In this document: positions 1-8,201 of the stretch, piece by piece
Layout of the letters: each line of letters opens with the position of its first letter
How positions within the stretch are numbered: position 1 is the stretch's first letter
Assembly (NCBI RefSeq): GCF_006345805.1
Contig: NW_021827126.1
Location: 1 to 11,054 of the forward strand
Reading direction: 5' to 3'
Source of the DNA: Octopus sinensis
Taxonomy: Eukaryota
Length of the DNA: 11,054 nucleotides
Notes under the pieces: generated by a model
The model's input: only the letters and a program-made list of their open reading frames with translations
The model's database searches: none
What the model was told of the DNA's origin: nothing
Program-made: the position numbers and the translations under genes

Positions 1-200
1 GTCTCCAGATGTTGGTTCGAATTCTACGGGCAGCCTTCGACTGATGACTGCATTTCACTGCTACTCCGAGTTTTTTCAATTTGCACCGTAGTTTAAGGCA
101 TGTAGGAGGCGGGGTGGGGGTGAAGGAGGCAAAATGCGGCTCGCGGGACTTTCAGAACGGCACGCCAAAACGGACAAAATTATTTGAAATTTCTTTTTAG

Positions 201-361
201 AAGTGCGGCCCGCTTCATGGTGAACCACATGTCATGCGGCCCGGCTGATGATGAACCACGTCTGATGATGAAAGAAGCCGCCCAGGCCAGGTTTAAACTA
301 ATCATCCATCTCATTGCAAACACACAGAATTTTATTGACAGCGACTTCGACGTTTCGTCTG
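201..361 (+). CDS. Candidate internal coding exon, unknown protein (SAARFMVNHMSCGPADDEPRLMMKEAAQARFKLIIHLIANTQNFIDSDFDVSS)
   Basis: Acceptor TTTCTTTTTAG ends at 200 and donor CTG|GTAATG starts at 362. The frame is open throughout (inside ORF 184..402), GC is raised, and the 3' half has many C/G-ending codons. Against it: the 5' part holds a 31-bp-period repeat with hAT-like motifs. Confidence 0.45.
204..265. repeat. Two-unit 31-bp tandem repeat carrying a TGCGGCCCG motif (possible hAT-MITE end)
   Basis: 204-234 TGCGGCCCGCTTCATGGTGAACCACATGTCA vs 235-265 TGCGGCCCGGCTGATGATGAACCACGTCTGA, 24/31 identical. A related ATGCGGCTCGCGGG lies at 134-147. Confidence 0.65.
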
Positions 362-466
362 GTAATGTAGACTTATGCAATAACATAGTAAAAAAATGTT
401 AAACACTATACTCCTAGAGATGTGTTGAGTACTTCATTCGGTCATTTTTCGTTACCACATTTTTTA

Positions 467-501
467 TATAAATTAAGAAATATAAATTAAGAAATATAAA
501 T
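467..501. repeat. 14-bp tandem repeat (TATAAATTAAGAAA x2.5)
   Basis: Exact units at 467-480 and 481-494, partial unit at 495-501. Confidence 0.85.
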
Positions 502-518
502 AAATGGATTAAGAACAG

Positions 519-947
519 GAGCAGGCGTAGCTGTGTGGTAAAAAGCGTGCTTCGCAATCATATGGTTCCCAGTTCAGTCCCACTCCGTGGAACCTTGGGC
601 AAGTGTCTTCTATAGCCTCGGGCCAACCAAAGCCCTGTGAGTGGATTTGGTAGACGGAAACTAAAAAGTCCATCGCGTGCGTATGTGCGTGCGTGCGTAT
701 GTATGTATGTATGTATGTATGTATGTGTGTGTGTGTGAGTCTATGCTTGTTCCCGCCTCATCGCCTGAGAACCGATGTTGGTGTGTTTACGTCCTCGGAA
801 CTTAGTAAAAGATACCGATGGAATAAGTACTAGGCTCACAAAGAATAAGTCTTGGAGTCGACTAAATTCTTCGACTGAAATCCTTAAGGCGGTGCTCCAG
901 CATGGCCGCAGTCGAATAACTGAAACACACGAAAGAATAAAAGAATA
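519..947 (+). mobile_element. tRNA-derived SINE family A (octopus OR-like), copy A1, near full length
   Basis: A-box-like TAGCTGTGTGG, B-box-like AGTTCAGTCCC, CCTTGGGCAAGTGTCTTC core, internal (TGCG)/(TATG)/(TG) microsatellite, GGCGGTGCTCCAGCATGGCCGCAGTC 3' block, (AAAGAAT)n tail. Aligns by eye with 8 other plus-strand copies. Confidence 0.92.
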
Positions 948-969
948 TCAGTGAAACACACACACACAC

Positions 970-1203
970 CATGTGGTTCTGAACCATTTTTTGCACATGG
1001 ATCCCTTTCATTTCTATTTTACGTTACTGGACCCTAACGTTAAAAATTTTAAAAATTCTTATTTATTGTAACGAAATATTATTGGGAATTGCATTTAAAA
1101 AATTGTTACAATATTTTGTGAATTGTTTATTGTACATAAATTTCAACAAGAAATTTTTATATATGGACCTCTAAGGGTTATTGACCCTGGCTGAAAACTA
1201 CTG
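970..1203. mobile_element. hAT (Charlie-like) MITE, degenerate, about 234 bp
   Basis: Left end CA(T)GTGGTTCTGAACC (970-985) vs reverse complement of right end CAGTAGTTTTCAGCC (1189-1203), 11/15 after removing one T. Both resemble the CAGTGGTTCTCAACC TIR type. Subterminal ATGGACCC-like motifs at 997, 1027, 1163 and 1180. No 8-bp TSD visible. Confidence 0.68.
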
Positions 1204-1379
1204 TATAGAAGAAGACGAAGGACAAAAATAATAATTTTTTAAAAAGCCATTGCGTAAAAACCGACTCTGCAAGTTGAACCCGTGATCGGCTTTGTTAGAT
1301 AAATATCTAAAAGAGAGCTACATGATAAAAAAATTATGTTAAAAGTAAATATATGTAAATGAAGAATTTGGCGGTAATA

Positions 1380-1470
1380 TACACACAGACACACATACGT
1401 ACATGTGTATGTATACATACATACATGTGTGTGTGTGTTTAATTCACACACACACACACACACACATATA

Positions 1471-1501
<31 letters not shown>

Positions 1502-1957
1502 AATGCGTACATATATTGGTAAATTCCCATATATTTATATACGTATACAATCAGATATAAATAATTGCTTATATATTCAATAATTCCACACACAAACACA
1601 CACACATATATATATATATATAGTGTAATAAATAAAAATATATGCATACATACAAACATATATGTACGTACCTACATCTACATGTATATATACATACATA
1701 TACACACACACATATATACATATACACATATATATACAAAGCAAGTTGATTCAAGTCAATTCTACATTATCCTCTGTATGTGTGTGTGTATGTGTGTTTA
1801 TATGTATGTATAAGGAATGCTTGAACGTAAGAGAGAGAGAGACACACACACAGAAGAAAAAGGAAAGAGAGTAAGAGAGAGAATGAGAAGGTAGTAAGAT
1901 AGTTACAGAAGAAGGATGATAGAAGAACCAGCCGCGCGCTCATGTGTGTGCAGTGGT

Positions 1958-1989
<32 letters not shown>

Positions 1990-1990
1990 G
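1380..1990. repeat. Compound microsatellite field (CA/TA/TG/TACA, then GA)
   Basis: Directly visible simple repeats; they explain ORFs 1239..1550, 1444..1659, 1565..1813, 1569..1754 and 1662..1874. Confidence 0.95.
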
Positions 1991-2379
1991 GTTCTGTTAA
2001 AACTGAACTGGTTTGTTTCCTCTTTACAACATATTTAAAGAGGCAGCCGAAAGTTGGCTGTTGGAGTTAAGAGGCCTTTTTAAGCTGATGAGATAGATAG
2101 ATAGATACAGGGCCGGCCTGGCAATGGGGACCGATATTTCAAAATAGCCTCGAACACGAAATGTTTTAAATAGCGAATGCGTGGGTGGGTGTATATGTTT
2201 TCAAGTACACATACACATTAAAAAATAAAAAAAAACAAAACAGAAACATACGCATAAAATAGATATACGTTTTAACAAAATGTATGTATTACTTTAACAA
2301 TATGTATGTACTGCGTAGCCTAGAAGAAAATAACATTTGCGAAAACTTGTGCATTCCGTGTTTGCTAACGCACACATAA

Positions 2380-2609
2380 GTGCGTGTGTGTGTGTGTGTA
2401 TCAATCAATCAAATCTATCTGCCTACCTATCTATCTATCTGTCCCGTTTTAATCACAAATTGTCCGACGAACGGGAACGTAGTGATGATTGTGCAGCTTC
2501 TATAAATAAAAGCATATTACTCTACCTTTCGTATTCGAGTACTATTTTCCTCCCACCTTGTTTTGCACTTATGTGCTCACCTGTGTGTGTACATGTGTAT
2601 ATAGACACT

Positions 2610-2654
<45 letters not shown>

Positions 2655-2793
2655 GCATAGTCAAACACAAATATAAATATACATACATTATATACGTGTG
2701 CCTGTGTATATGTGTATCTCTCTCTCTCTCTCTATCTCTCTCTATATCTATCTATTATATATATATATATATATATATATATCTATATATATA

Positions 2794-2824
<31 letters not shown>

Positions 2825-2978
2825 CATATTACGTATATATTTTGAGTATTGAACTATAATATACCTTGTTTGTCGTGTTTATTTGTACAATTTTTTTACC
2901 ACATACAATATGTTTATGTATATGCATGTGTAACGAATTAGATAACTATATATATATATATATATTTTTATATATATA
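2380..2978. repeat. Compound microsatellite field (TG, ATCA/CTAT, CA, TA, CT)
   Basis: Directly visible simple repeats with short unique spacers. Confidence 0.9.
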
Positions 2979-3259
2979 GGCGAAGGTGTGTTTGTATGGT
3001 AAGAAGCTTGCTTCCCAACCACATGGTTCTGGGTTCAGTTCCCACTGCGTGGCACCTTGGACCGACTAAAGCCTTGTGACTGGCAGACAGAAACTGAAAG
3101 AAGCCCGTCGCTGGTGTGTTTGCGTCCCCGTAACCAAGCGGTTCGAGAAAAGTAACTGATCGAATAAGAACTAGGCTTACAAAGAATAAAGGTCCTGGGG
3201 TTGATTGCTTCGATTTAAGGCTGAAAAAAAACCCTTAATGACTGAAACAAGTAAAAGAA

Positions 3260-3261
<2 letters not shown>
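2979..3261 (+). mobile_element. SINE family A copy A2, with internal deletions
   Basis: Head and tail are present. The GCAAGTGTCTTC..CTCGG block is missing (CCTTGG|ACCGAC at about 3060), as is the whole central microsatellite (CCCGTCG|CTGGTG at about 3110). Starts directly after a (TA)n run and is followed by (TA)n(TG)n. Confidence 0.9.
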
Positions 3262-3315
<54 letters not shown>

Positions 3316-3638
3316 CAACTTGTATCGATAAACCTTTCATTATTTCTTTCGGCGAGTTCACGGCCTCCTTTATATGACATTCTAATTACAACAATCAGGG
3401 GTCCATCAAGAACTTAAGTCTTACAAGGGAAAGAAAAGGACGCATTTGAATAATGACGTCGATCAAGCATCTTGTTAAAAATTCCTCCAACCACTTGGAT
3501 GGAGTATTTTAAAATAAAAATTTTTTTTTTTTCAAATTTTCTCCACTAATGTAACTTTTTAATAATGAATTTCTAAAAAAAAAAAAAAAAATAAGTGAAT
3601 GCAATTTCGTCGTCAGCATACAAAACTACATTTTTTCT

Positions 3639-3652
3639 AGGAACCCCACCAC

Positions 3653-3690
<38 letters not shown>

Positions 3691-3819
3691 TTGAAGAATT
3701 TCAGGTAGTTGAAAGGAATTTAACAAGATCCTGTGATAGGAACCCCACCACAAAAAAAAAATAATAATAATTTGAAGAATTTCAGGTAGTTTGGAAGGAA
3801 TTTAACAAGATCCTGTGAT
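3639..3819 (+). repeat. Tandem duplication (99-bp and 82-bp units) containing (TAA)n of different lengths
   Basis: AGGAACCCCACCACA-(TAA)n-TTGAAGAATTTCAGGTAGTT..AAGGAATTTAACAAGATCCTGTGAT occurs at 3639-3737 and 3738-3819. Confidence 0.92.
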
Positions 3820-3837
3820 GTACCTGTTGTACAAAAA

Positions 3838-4174
3838 ATAATAATAATAATAATAATAAATTCGCTTATTGGCCACAAGGACTAAAACATAAAGGGACAA
3901 AACACAGGACGAGAGTTACAAAGGGTTTTGTCCGTTTGCAAAAAAGGTCCGTGTATAGAAGCAGGATGGCAAGGTGGCCAAGGCTAAAAACGGCTTTGGC
4001 CATAGGTATAATTTGCTGGATTGAAGAGGACTTAGGAGCTAAACGATAGGAACATGTTACAGGTTTAATATGAAGGAAGAAGCCCTGGCAAGATGAACAG
4101 TAACCCAAGTGACCCTTCCGATTACTGTTATACACATAGGCACACAAGAAGCCATTTATTACAATCACAGACAT
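3838..4174 (-). mobile_element. Probable 3' end/UTR of a 5'-truncated non-LTR retrotransposon (family uncertain, possibly L1/Tx1-like)
   Basis: The minus strand ends ..TTTGTCCCTTTATGTTTTAGTCCTTGTGGCCAATAAGCGAA followed by a (TTA)n tail. The same tail type ends the SINE at 9946-9988. No RT or endonuclease motif is recognisable and the 5' boundary is uncertain. Confidence 0.42.
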
Positions 4175-4396
4175 CGTTAAATTCTGGCTATTGTTATCAA
4201 AATTGGTAGGCCCTCGTCCACAAACTACTTAAAATTAATTCCAGTTATCCGCTCGGTAAAATCAAAGCTCGGGTATTGTTAAATTCTCTGTTTAATGTTA
4301 TCAATCGCAAAATGCTTCGTCTTGAAATGGGGGCGAGTCAACGAGAGTTTCTATGCAATCGCTCGACTTGTTAGAAACAATAATGAAAAAAAAAAT

Positions 4397-4560
4397 TGTT
4401 ACGAGGCCGGACAAATACTACTCATTTTTGTCAGATAAGTGAATTGGAGAAAGATGAAATAAAGTGTCTTGCTCAAGGACACAACTCGCCGTCGGGAATC
4501 GAACTCACGACCTTTACGATCGCGAGCCGAGTACACTAAACCACTAAGCCACGCGCCTTC
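4397..4560 (-). mobile_element. tRNA-derived SINE with CORE/V-like central domain (distinct from family A)
   Basis: Minus strand: A box TGGCTTAGTGG (4551-4541), B box GAGTTCGATTCCC (4506-4494), then GTTGTGTCCTTGAGCAAGACACT (4485-4463). 3' boundary approximate. Confidence 0.85.
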
Positions 4561-4587
4561 GCATCACAAACCTACCTAATATGAAAC

Positions 4588-4988
4588 GGTCAGGCGTGGC
4601 CGTGTGGTAGAAGTTTGATTCCCAACCGCATGCTTCCTGGTTCGGTCCCATTACGTGGCACCTTGGGCGAGTGTATTCTACTACATACAAGGCCGAAAAA
4701 AAGCCTTTGTAAGTGGGTGATGTGGGAGACGGAAACTGAACGAAGCCTGTCGTGTATGCGTGCATATGCATATATACATGTTTATGTATGTGTGTCGGTG
4801 TTTGTTCCCCCACCAGGCTGGACAACAGGTGTTGGTTTGTTTACGTCCCCGTGAATGAACGGTTCGGCGAAAAGAGGACAATAGAACAAGTACGAGGCTT
4901 TAAAAAAGAAACAATACTGGGGTCGATTTAACCAATGCCCCACCCTTCAAAATTACTGGCCTTGTGCCTAAATTAGAATCTGTTATTA
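4588..4988 (+). mobile_element. SINE copy A3: family A head and body joined to a family B-type 3' tail
   Basis: Family A sequence runs to about 4912. ACTGGGGTCGAT at 4916-4927 is followed by CCCCACCCTTCAAAATTACTGGCCTTGTG, which matches the family B tail seen on the minus strand at 6466-6496 rather than the A tail. Confidence 0.85.
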
Positions 4989-5027
4989 AAACGGACGAGT
5001 GTGACTTGAAGCGGAACTAAGCTGCCA

Positions 5028-5098
5028 TCTTTTATCTGTTTCAGTCATTGGACTACAGCCATACTGGAGTACTGCTTTAAAGGATTTAGTTGAACAAA
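5028..5098 (-). mobile_element. SINE family A 3' fragment, inverted
   Basis: The reverse complement reads TTTGTTCAACTAAATCCTTTAAAGCAGTACTCCAGTATGGCTGTAGTCCAATGACTGAAACAGATAAAAGA, a transition-rich version of the family A tail. Confidence 0.85.
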
Positions 5099-5186
5099 GC
5101 AGTGAATAAAGGATTTGAAAATACAGTCTTTTAGCAATTATTTACGTACAATATATATATATACACACGTGTATGCACACACAAAA

Positions 5187-5543
5187 GGTTACGGGTTCAG
5201 TCCCACTGCGTGGCACCTTGGGCAAGTGTCTTCTACTATAGCCTCGGGCTGACCAAAGCCTTGTGAGTGAATTTGGCAGCCGGAAACTGAAAGAAGCCCG
5301 TCATATATATGTATATTTGTATGTGTCTTTGTGTCTGTGTTTGTCCCCCACCATCACCTGAAAACCGATGTTGGTGTGCTTACGTCACTGTAACTTACCG
5401 TTTCGGTAGAAGGAGACCGATAGATTAAGTACTAGGCTTACAAAGAAATAAGTCCTGGAGGTCGACTGCTTCGACCAAAAACTCTTTAAGGCGGTGCTCC
5501 AGCACGGCCGCAGTCAAAATGACCGAAACAAGAGAAAAAGAAT
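5187..5543 (+). mobile_element. SINE family A copy A4, 5'-truncated (A box lost)
   Basis: Begins at GGTTACGGGTTCAGTCCCACTGCGTGG; the rest of the body and tail are well conserved. Confidence 0.92.
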
Positions 5544-5714
5544 CTATATTATGAAACGATGCTCATGATTGCACATTCAAAAGAGTCGTTGAAATTAAAA
5601 AGTAATACACAAAAACAGTCGTAAATGATCGCTTGGTACTTTCAGAGTTAAAAGTCACAACTTTTCAGTCTTGCTACCAATGACTTCAGAGATCTACGAG
5701 GTTTTAAAATGCAG

Positions 5715-5853
5715 ACCTTGTCAAAGACCAATCAGGCAAACTTTTATCTGATATCTCAAGTGAACCCACATCACGGGACGAAACGCAAATAGAAGGGCAG
5801 CTCTGTCCGACTCGATTTTTCACCCAGACCGATTCCGAAAACAGGACGGAGAA
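5715..5853 (+). CDS. Candidate internal coding exon, unknown protein (DLVKDQSGKLLSDISSEPTSRDETQIEGQLCPTRFFTQTDSENRTE)
   Basis: Donor GAA|GTGAGT at 5854 has a consensus intronic side. Acceptor TGCAG ends at 5714 with a weak pyrimidine tract. The frame is open only from 5708 to 5854, closely bracketing the splice sites. Starts in phase 1, compatible with exon 201-361 (G+AC = Asp). Confidence 0.4.
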
Positions 5854-5893
5854 GTGAGTGGGTTAAGACAAACAATCATTAATGCTAGTGGCG

Positions 5894-6169
5894 TGGAGGC
5901 ACATGGCCTAGTGGTTAGAGCAGAGGAGGTCGAGGGATCGCGAGTTCGAATCTCAGACCGGGCGATGTGTGTGTTTATGAGCGAAATACCTAAGCTCCGG
6001 CAGAAGGTAATGGCGAACTTCTGCTGACTCTTTCGCCACATCTTTCTCTCACTCTTTCCTCCAGCATCTTGCTGCTCTCCGTCCAGGTGGGGAACCTATA
6101 CGCCAAGGAAACCGGGAAACCGGCCCTATGAGCCAAGCGTGGCTCGAGAAGGAACAAACAACAACAAAC
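5894..6169 (+). mobile_element. Full-length tRNA-derived SINE family C with target-site duplication
   Basis: A box TGGCCTAGTGG (5904-5914), B box GAGTTCGAATCTC (5942-5954), tail ..GGCTCGAGAAGGAACAAACAACAAC (RTE-like by recall). TSD AATGCTAGTGGCG (5881-5893) vs AATGCTAGAGGCG (6170-6182), 12/13. Confidence 0.9.
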
Positions 6170-6177
6170 AATGCTAG

Positions 6178-6225
6178 AGGCGGTGCCCCAGCATGGTCAC
6201 ACACTCTGGCAGAAACTAATAACAG
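6178..6225 (+). mobile_element. Relic 3' tail related to the family A terminal block, interrupted by the family C insertion
   Basis: AGGCGGTGCCCCAGCATGGTCACA vs family A AGGCGGTGCTCCAGCATGGCCGCA. Confidence 0.6.
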
Positions 6226-6250
6226 AACAACAAAATACTTGAGAGAGAGG

Positions 6251-6358
6251 GAAGGCAAAGCTGACCGCGGTAGGAATTGTTGAAACCCAGACGGTAAAGG
6301 GCGGGAAGAAATACCAGAGGGCATTGTATTTTGTCTAATACGCCTAACGGTTTCACTC
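6251..6358 (-). mobile_element. Old, degenerate SINE family B head fragment
   Basis: Plus-strand GAAGGCAAAGCTGACCGCGGTAGGAATT..GAAACCCAGACGGTAAAG parallels AAAGGCAAAGTCAACCTCGGCGGAATTTGAACTCAGAACGTAAAG at 6559-6602. Confidence 0.6.
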
Positions 6359-6465
6359 GACAGACACAAAGACGTGCAAAATTATTCTTAGAAGGAACGA
6401 GGCCAACCGATTCTATTCTGTCTTTGAGGTTCAGGAATAACAGAAATATGCAGATGCGATAGAAA

Positions 6466-6629
6466 CTACAAGGCCTGAAATTTTGGGGAGGGGGCCAGTC
6501 GATTAGATCAACCCCCAGTACGCAACTGGTACTTAATTTATCGAGCTCGAAAGTATGAAAGGCAAAGTCAACCTCGGCGGAATTTGAACTCAGAACGTAA
6601 AGTAAAGACAGCCGAAATGCAGCTATGTA
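6466..6629 (-). mobile_element. SINE family B copy (tail type 1), 5' head truncated
   Basis: Minus strand: CGTTCTGAGTTCAAATTCCGCCGAGGTTGACTTTGCCTTTCAT..TAAGTACCAGTTGCGTACTGGGGGTTGATCTAATCGACTGGCCCCCTCCCCAAAATTTCAGGCCTTGT. Homologous to 9850-9945. Confidence 0.9.
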
Positions 6630-6986
6630 TTTGGTAAACGGAAAATGAAGAAGCATCGTGTGTGTGCGTGTATATATTAATATAATAATATATATATATA
6701 TAATATATATATATGTATAATAAGTGTTATCTATGTATACGTGGGGGGTGTTGCGTGTCTGGGTCTTTACGGTTGTTCCTCTAACCGCTTTGACAACCGG
6801 TGCCGGTTTGTTTACGTCACCGCAATATAGCAGTTCGGCAAAAAAAAAAAAAACCACCAACAGAACAGGTACCTGACTTTAAAGAATAAAAAAGCACTAG
6901 GGTGGGGTTGGAGGTGATGTGTTCGACTACATCAAGAGTGGTGACTTCAGAATGGCTGAAGTCCAGTGACTGAAAAAGTAAAAAAT
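6628..6986 (+). mobile_element. SINE family A copy A5, diverged, whole head missing
   Basis: Starts at ATTTGGTAAACGGAAAATGAAGAAGC (consensus ATTTGGTAGACGGAAACTGAAAGAAGC), then microsatellite, body and degenerate tail. (TAA)n follows at about 6991-7018. Confidence 0.8.
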
Positions 6987-7152
6987 CTATTATAATAATA
7001 ATAATAATAATAATAATAAAAGAGGGGTAAATTTTTACAAGCCAAGAAGCAGGTCCCGAATGCAATAGGTGGAAATCAGGCCTCACATAGGGCTTAATTA
7101 CTAACACCGGTTAGCCGAAGAAGAGGACTCTACGATGGTGTTAGAAATTACA

Positions 7153-7259
7153 AGAAATAACAGCCAAATCTTTCTCAAATCACACGATGTTTTAAAGCAA
7201 AGGCATTTCAATGCAGTCCACTCGCCCTACTAGAAATAGCAATCAAATCTCACTCAAAT
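7153..7259 (+). repeat. Imperfect 28-bp direct repeat at 79-bp spacing, probably part of an unclassified interspersed repeat
   Basis: AGAAATAACAGCCAAATCTTTCTCAAAT (7153-7180) vs AGAAATAGCAATCAAATCTCACTCAAAT (7232-7259), 23/28. Confidence 0.7.
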
Positions 7260-7382
7260 TATGCCCCTCGCATACTAGAAAATGGGGAAGACATACTGGA
7301 TAATATAGTGCTATCGACTAGATGGTCGTGGCTGTAACGGCTACGATCAGAGATCGCTTTACACCGGTAATAAAACAAGTGG

Positions 7383-7425
<43 letters not shown>

Positions 7426-7530
7426 TTAAAGTAATATGTATGTATATACACATTTGTACAAAAAACACACTTGTTTTACACACACACACACACATATATA
7501 TATATACATACATACATACATATATATATA

Positions 7531-7790
7531 CAGGCGTGGTTGTGTGACAAGAAGTTTGCTTCCCGACTTCATGGTTCCAGGTTCAGTTCCACTGCGTGGC
7601 ACCTTCGGCAACTATCCTCTACTATAACCACGAAAGAAACCCGTCGTAGCTTAGCGGCTCGGCAAAAAGAGACCGAAAAAATAACTTCCAGGCTTTAAAA
7701 AAATAAGTGATGGGATTGATTAATTCGGCTAAAACGTCAAGGCGATGCCCCCAACGTGGCCGCAGTCCAATGAAAAAGAGTAAAAGTATA
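7531..7790 (+). mobile_element. SINE family A copy A6, with large internal deletions
   Basis: Head and tail are present. Joins ACCACG|AAAGAAACCCGTCGT|AGCTTAGCGG remove the mid body and the microsatellite. Starts directly after a (TA)/(TACA) array. Confidence 0.85.
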
Positions 7791-7800
7791 TAAGTATATA

Positions 7801-7946
7801 TGTGTGGTAAGTAGCTTGCTAACCAACCACATGGTTCCGGGTTCAGTCTCTTCTGCTATAGCCCCGGGCCGACCAATGCCTTGTGAGTGGATTTGGTAGA
7901 CGGAAACTGAAAGAAGCCTGTCGTATGTGTGTGTATATATATATAT

Positions 7947-7987
<41 letters not shown>

Positions 7988-8200
7988 TTGTGTGTCTGTG
8001 TTCGTCCCCCTAGCATTGCTTGACGGCTGATGCTGGTGTGTTTACGTCCCCGTCACTTAGCGGTTCGGCAAAAGAGACCGATAGAATAAGTACTGGGCTT
8101 ACAAAAAGAATAAGTCCCGGGGTCGATTTGCTCGACTAAAAGCCGTGCTCCAGCATGGCCGCAGTCAAATGACTGAAAAGAGTAAAAGAGTAAAGAGTAT
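7801..8200 (+). mobile_element. SINE family A copy A7 (AGTAGCTTGCT-type head, as in A8 and A9)
   Basis: Well conserved. Lacks the first bases and about 25 bp after the B box (GTTCAGTC|TCTTCTGC). Tail (AAAGAGT)n. Directly abuts A6. Confidence 0.93.
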
Positions 8201-8201
8201 A

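Noticed and set aside
104-126. G-rich GGAGGCGGGGTGGGGGTGAAGG as a G-quadruplex or Sp1 promoter site
   Set aside because: Only two tracts have three or more G, and there is no other promoter evidence.
2041-2097. Protein-like reading AAESWLLELRGLFKLMR after TTTAAAG
   Set aside because: No credible donor before the stop and too short to support; could only be a terminal exon.
2108-2135. CAGGGCCGGCC resembling a PIF/Harbinger terminus
   Set aside because: No matching inverted copy in the window.
1239-2845. Many ORFs rich in YI/CV/HT dipeptides
   Set aside because: They are translations of (TA)n, (TG)n and (CA)n arrays, which lack stops in several frames.
3866-4174. 102-aa minus-strand ORF as a LINE ORF2 C-terminus
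   Set aside because: No RT, endonuclease or CCHC motif is visible; treated as probable UTR.
5894-5960. Possible tRNA gene (also 4490-4560)
   Set aside because: A and B boxes are present, but there is no complete cloverleaf or acceptor stem, and SINE bodies and tails follow.
6216-6860. Longest ORF in the track (214 aa, minus strand)
   Set aside because: It runs across SINE copy A5, a microsatellite and family B copies; no domain is recognisable and the GTG start lies beside a poly-T run.
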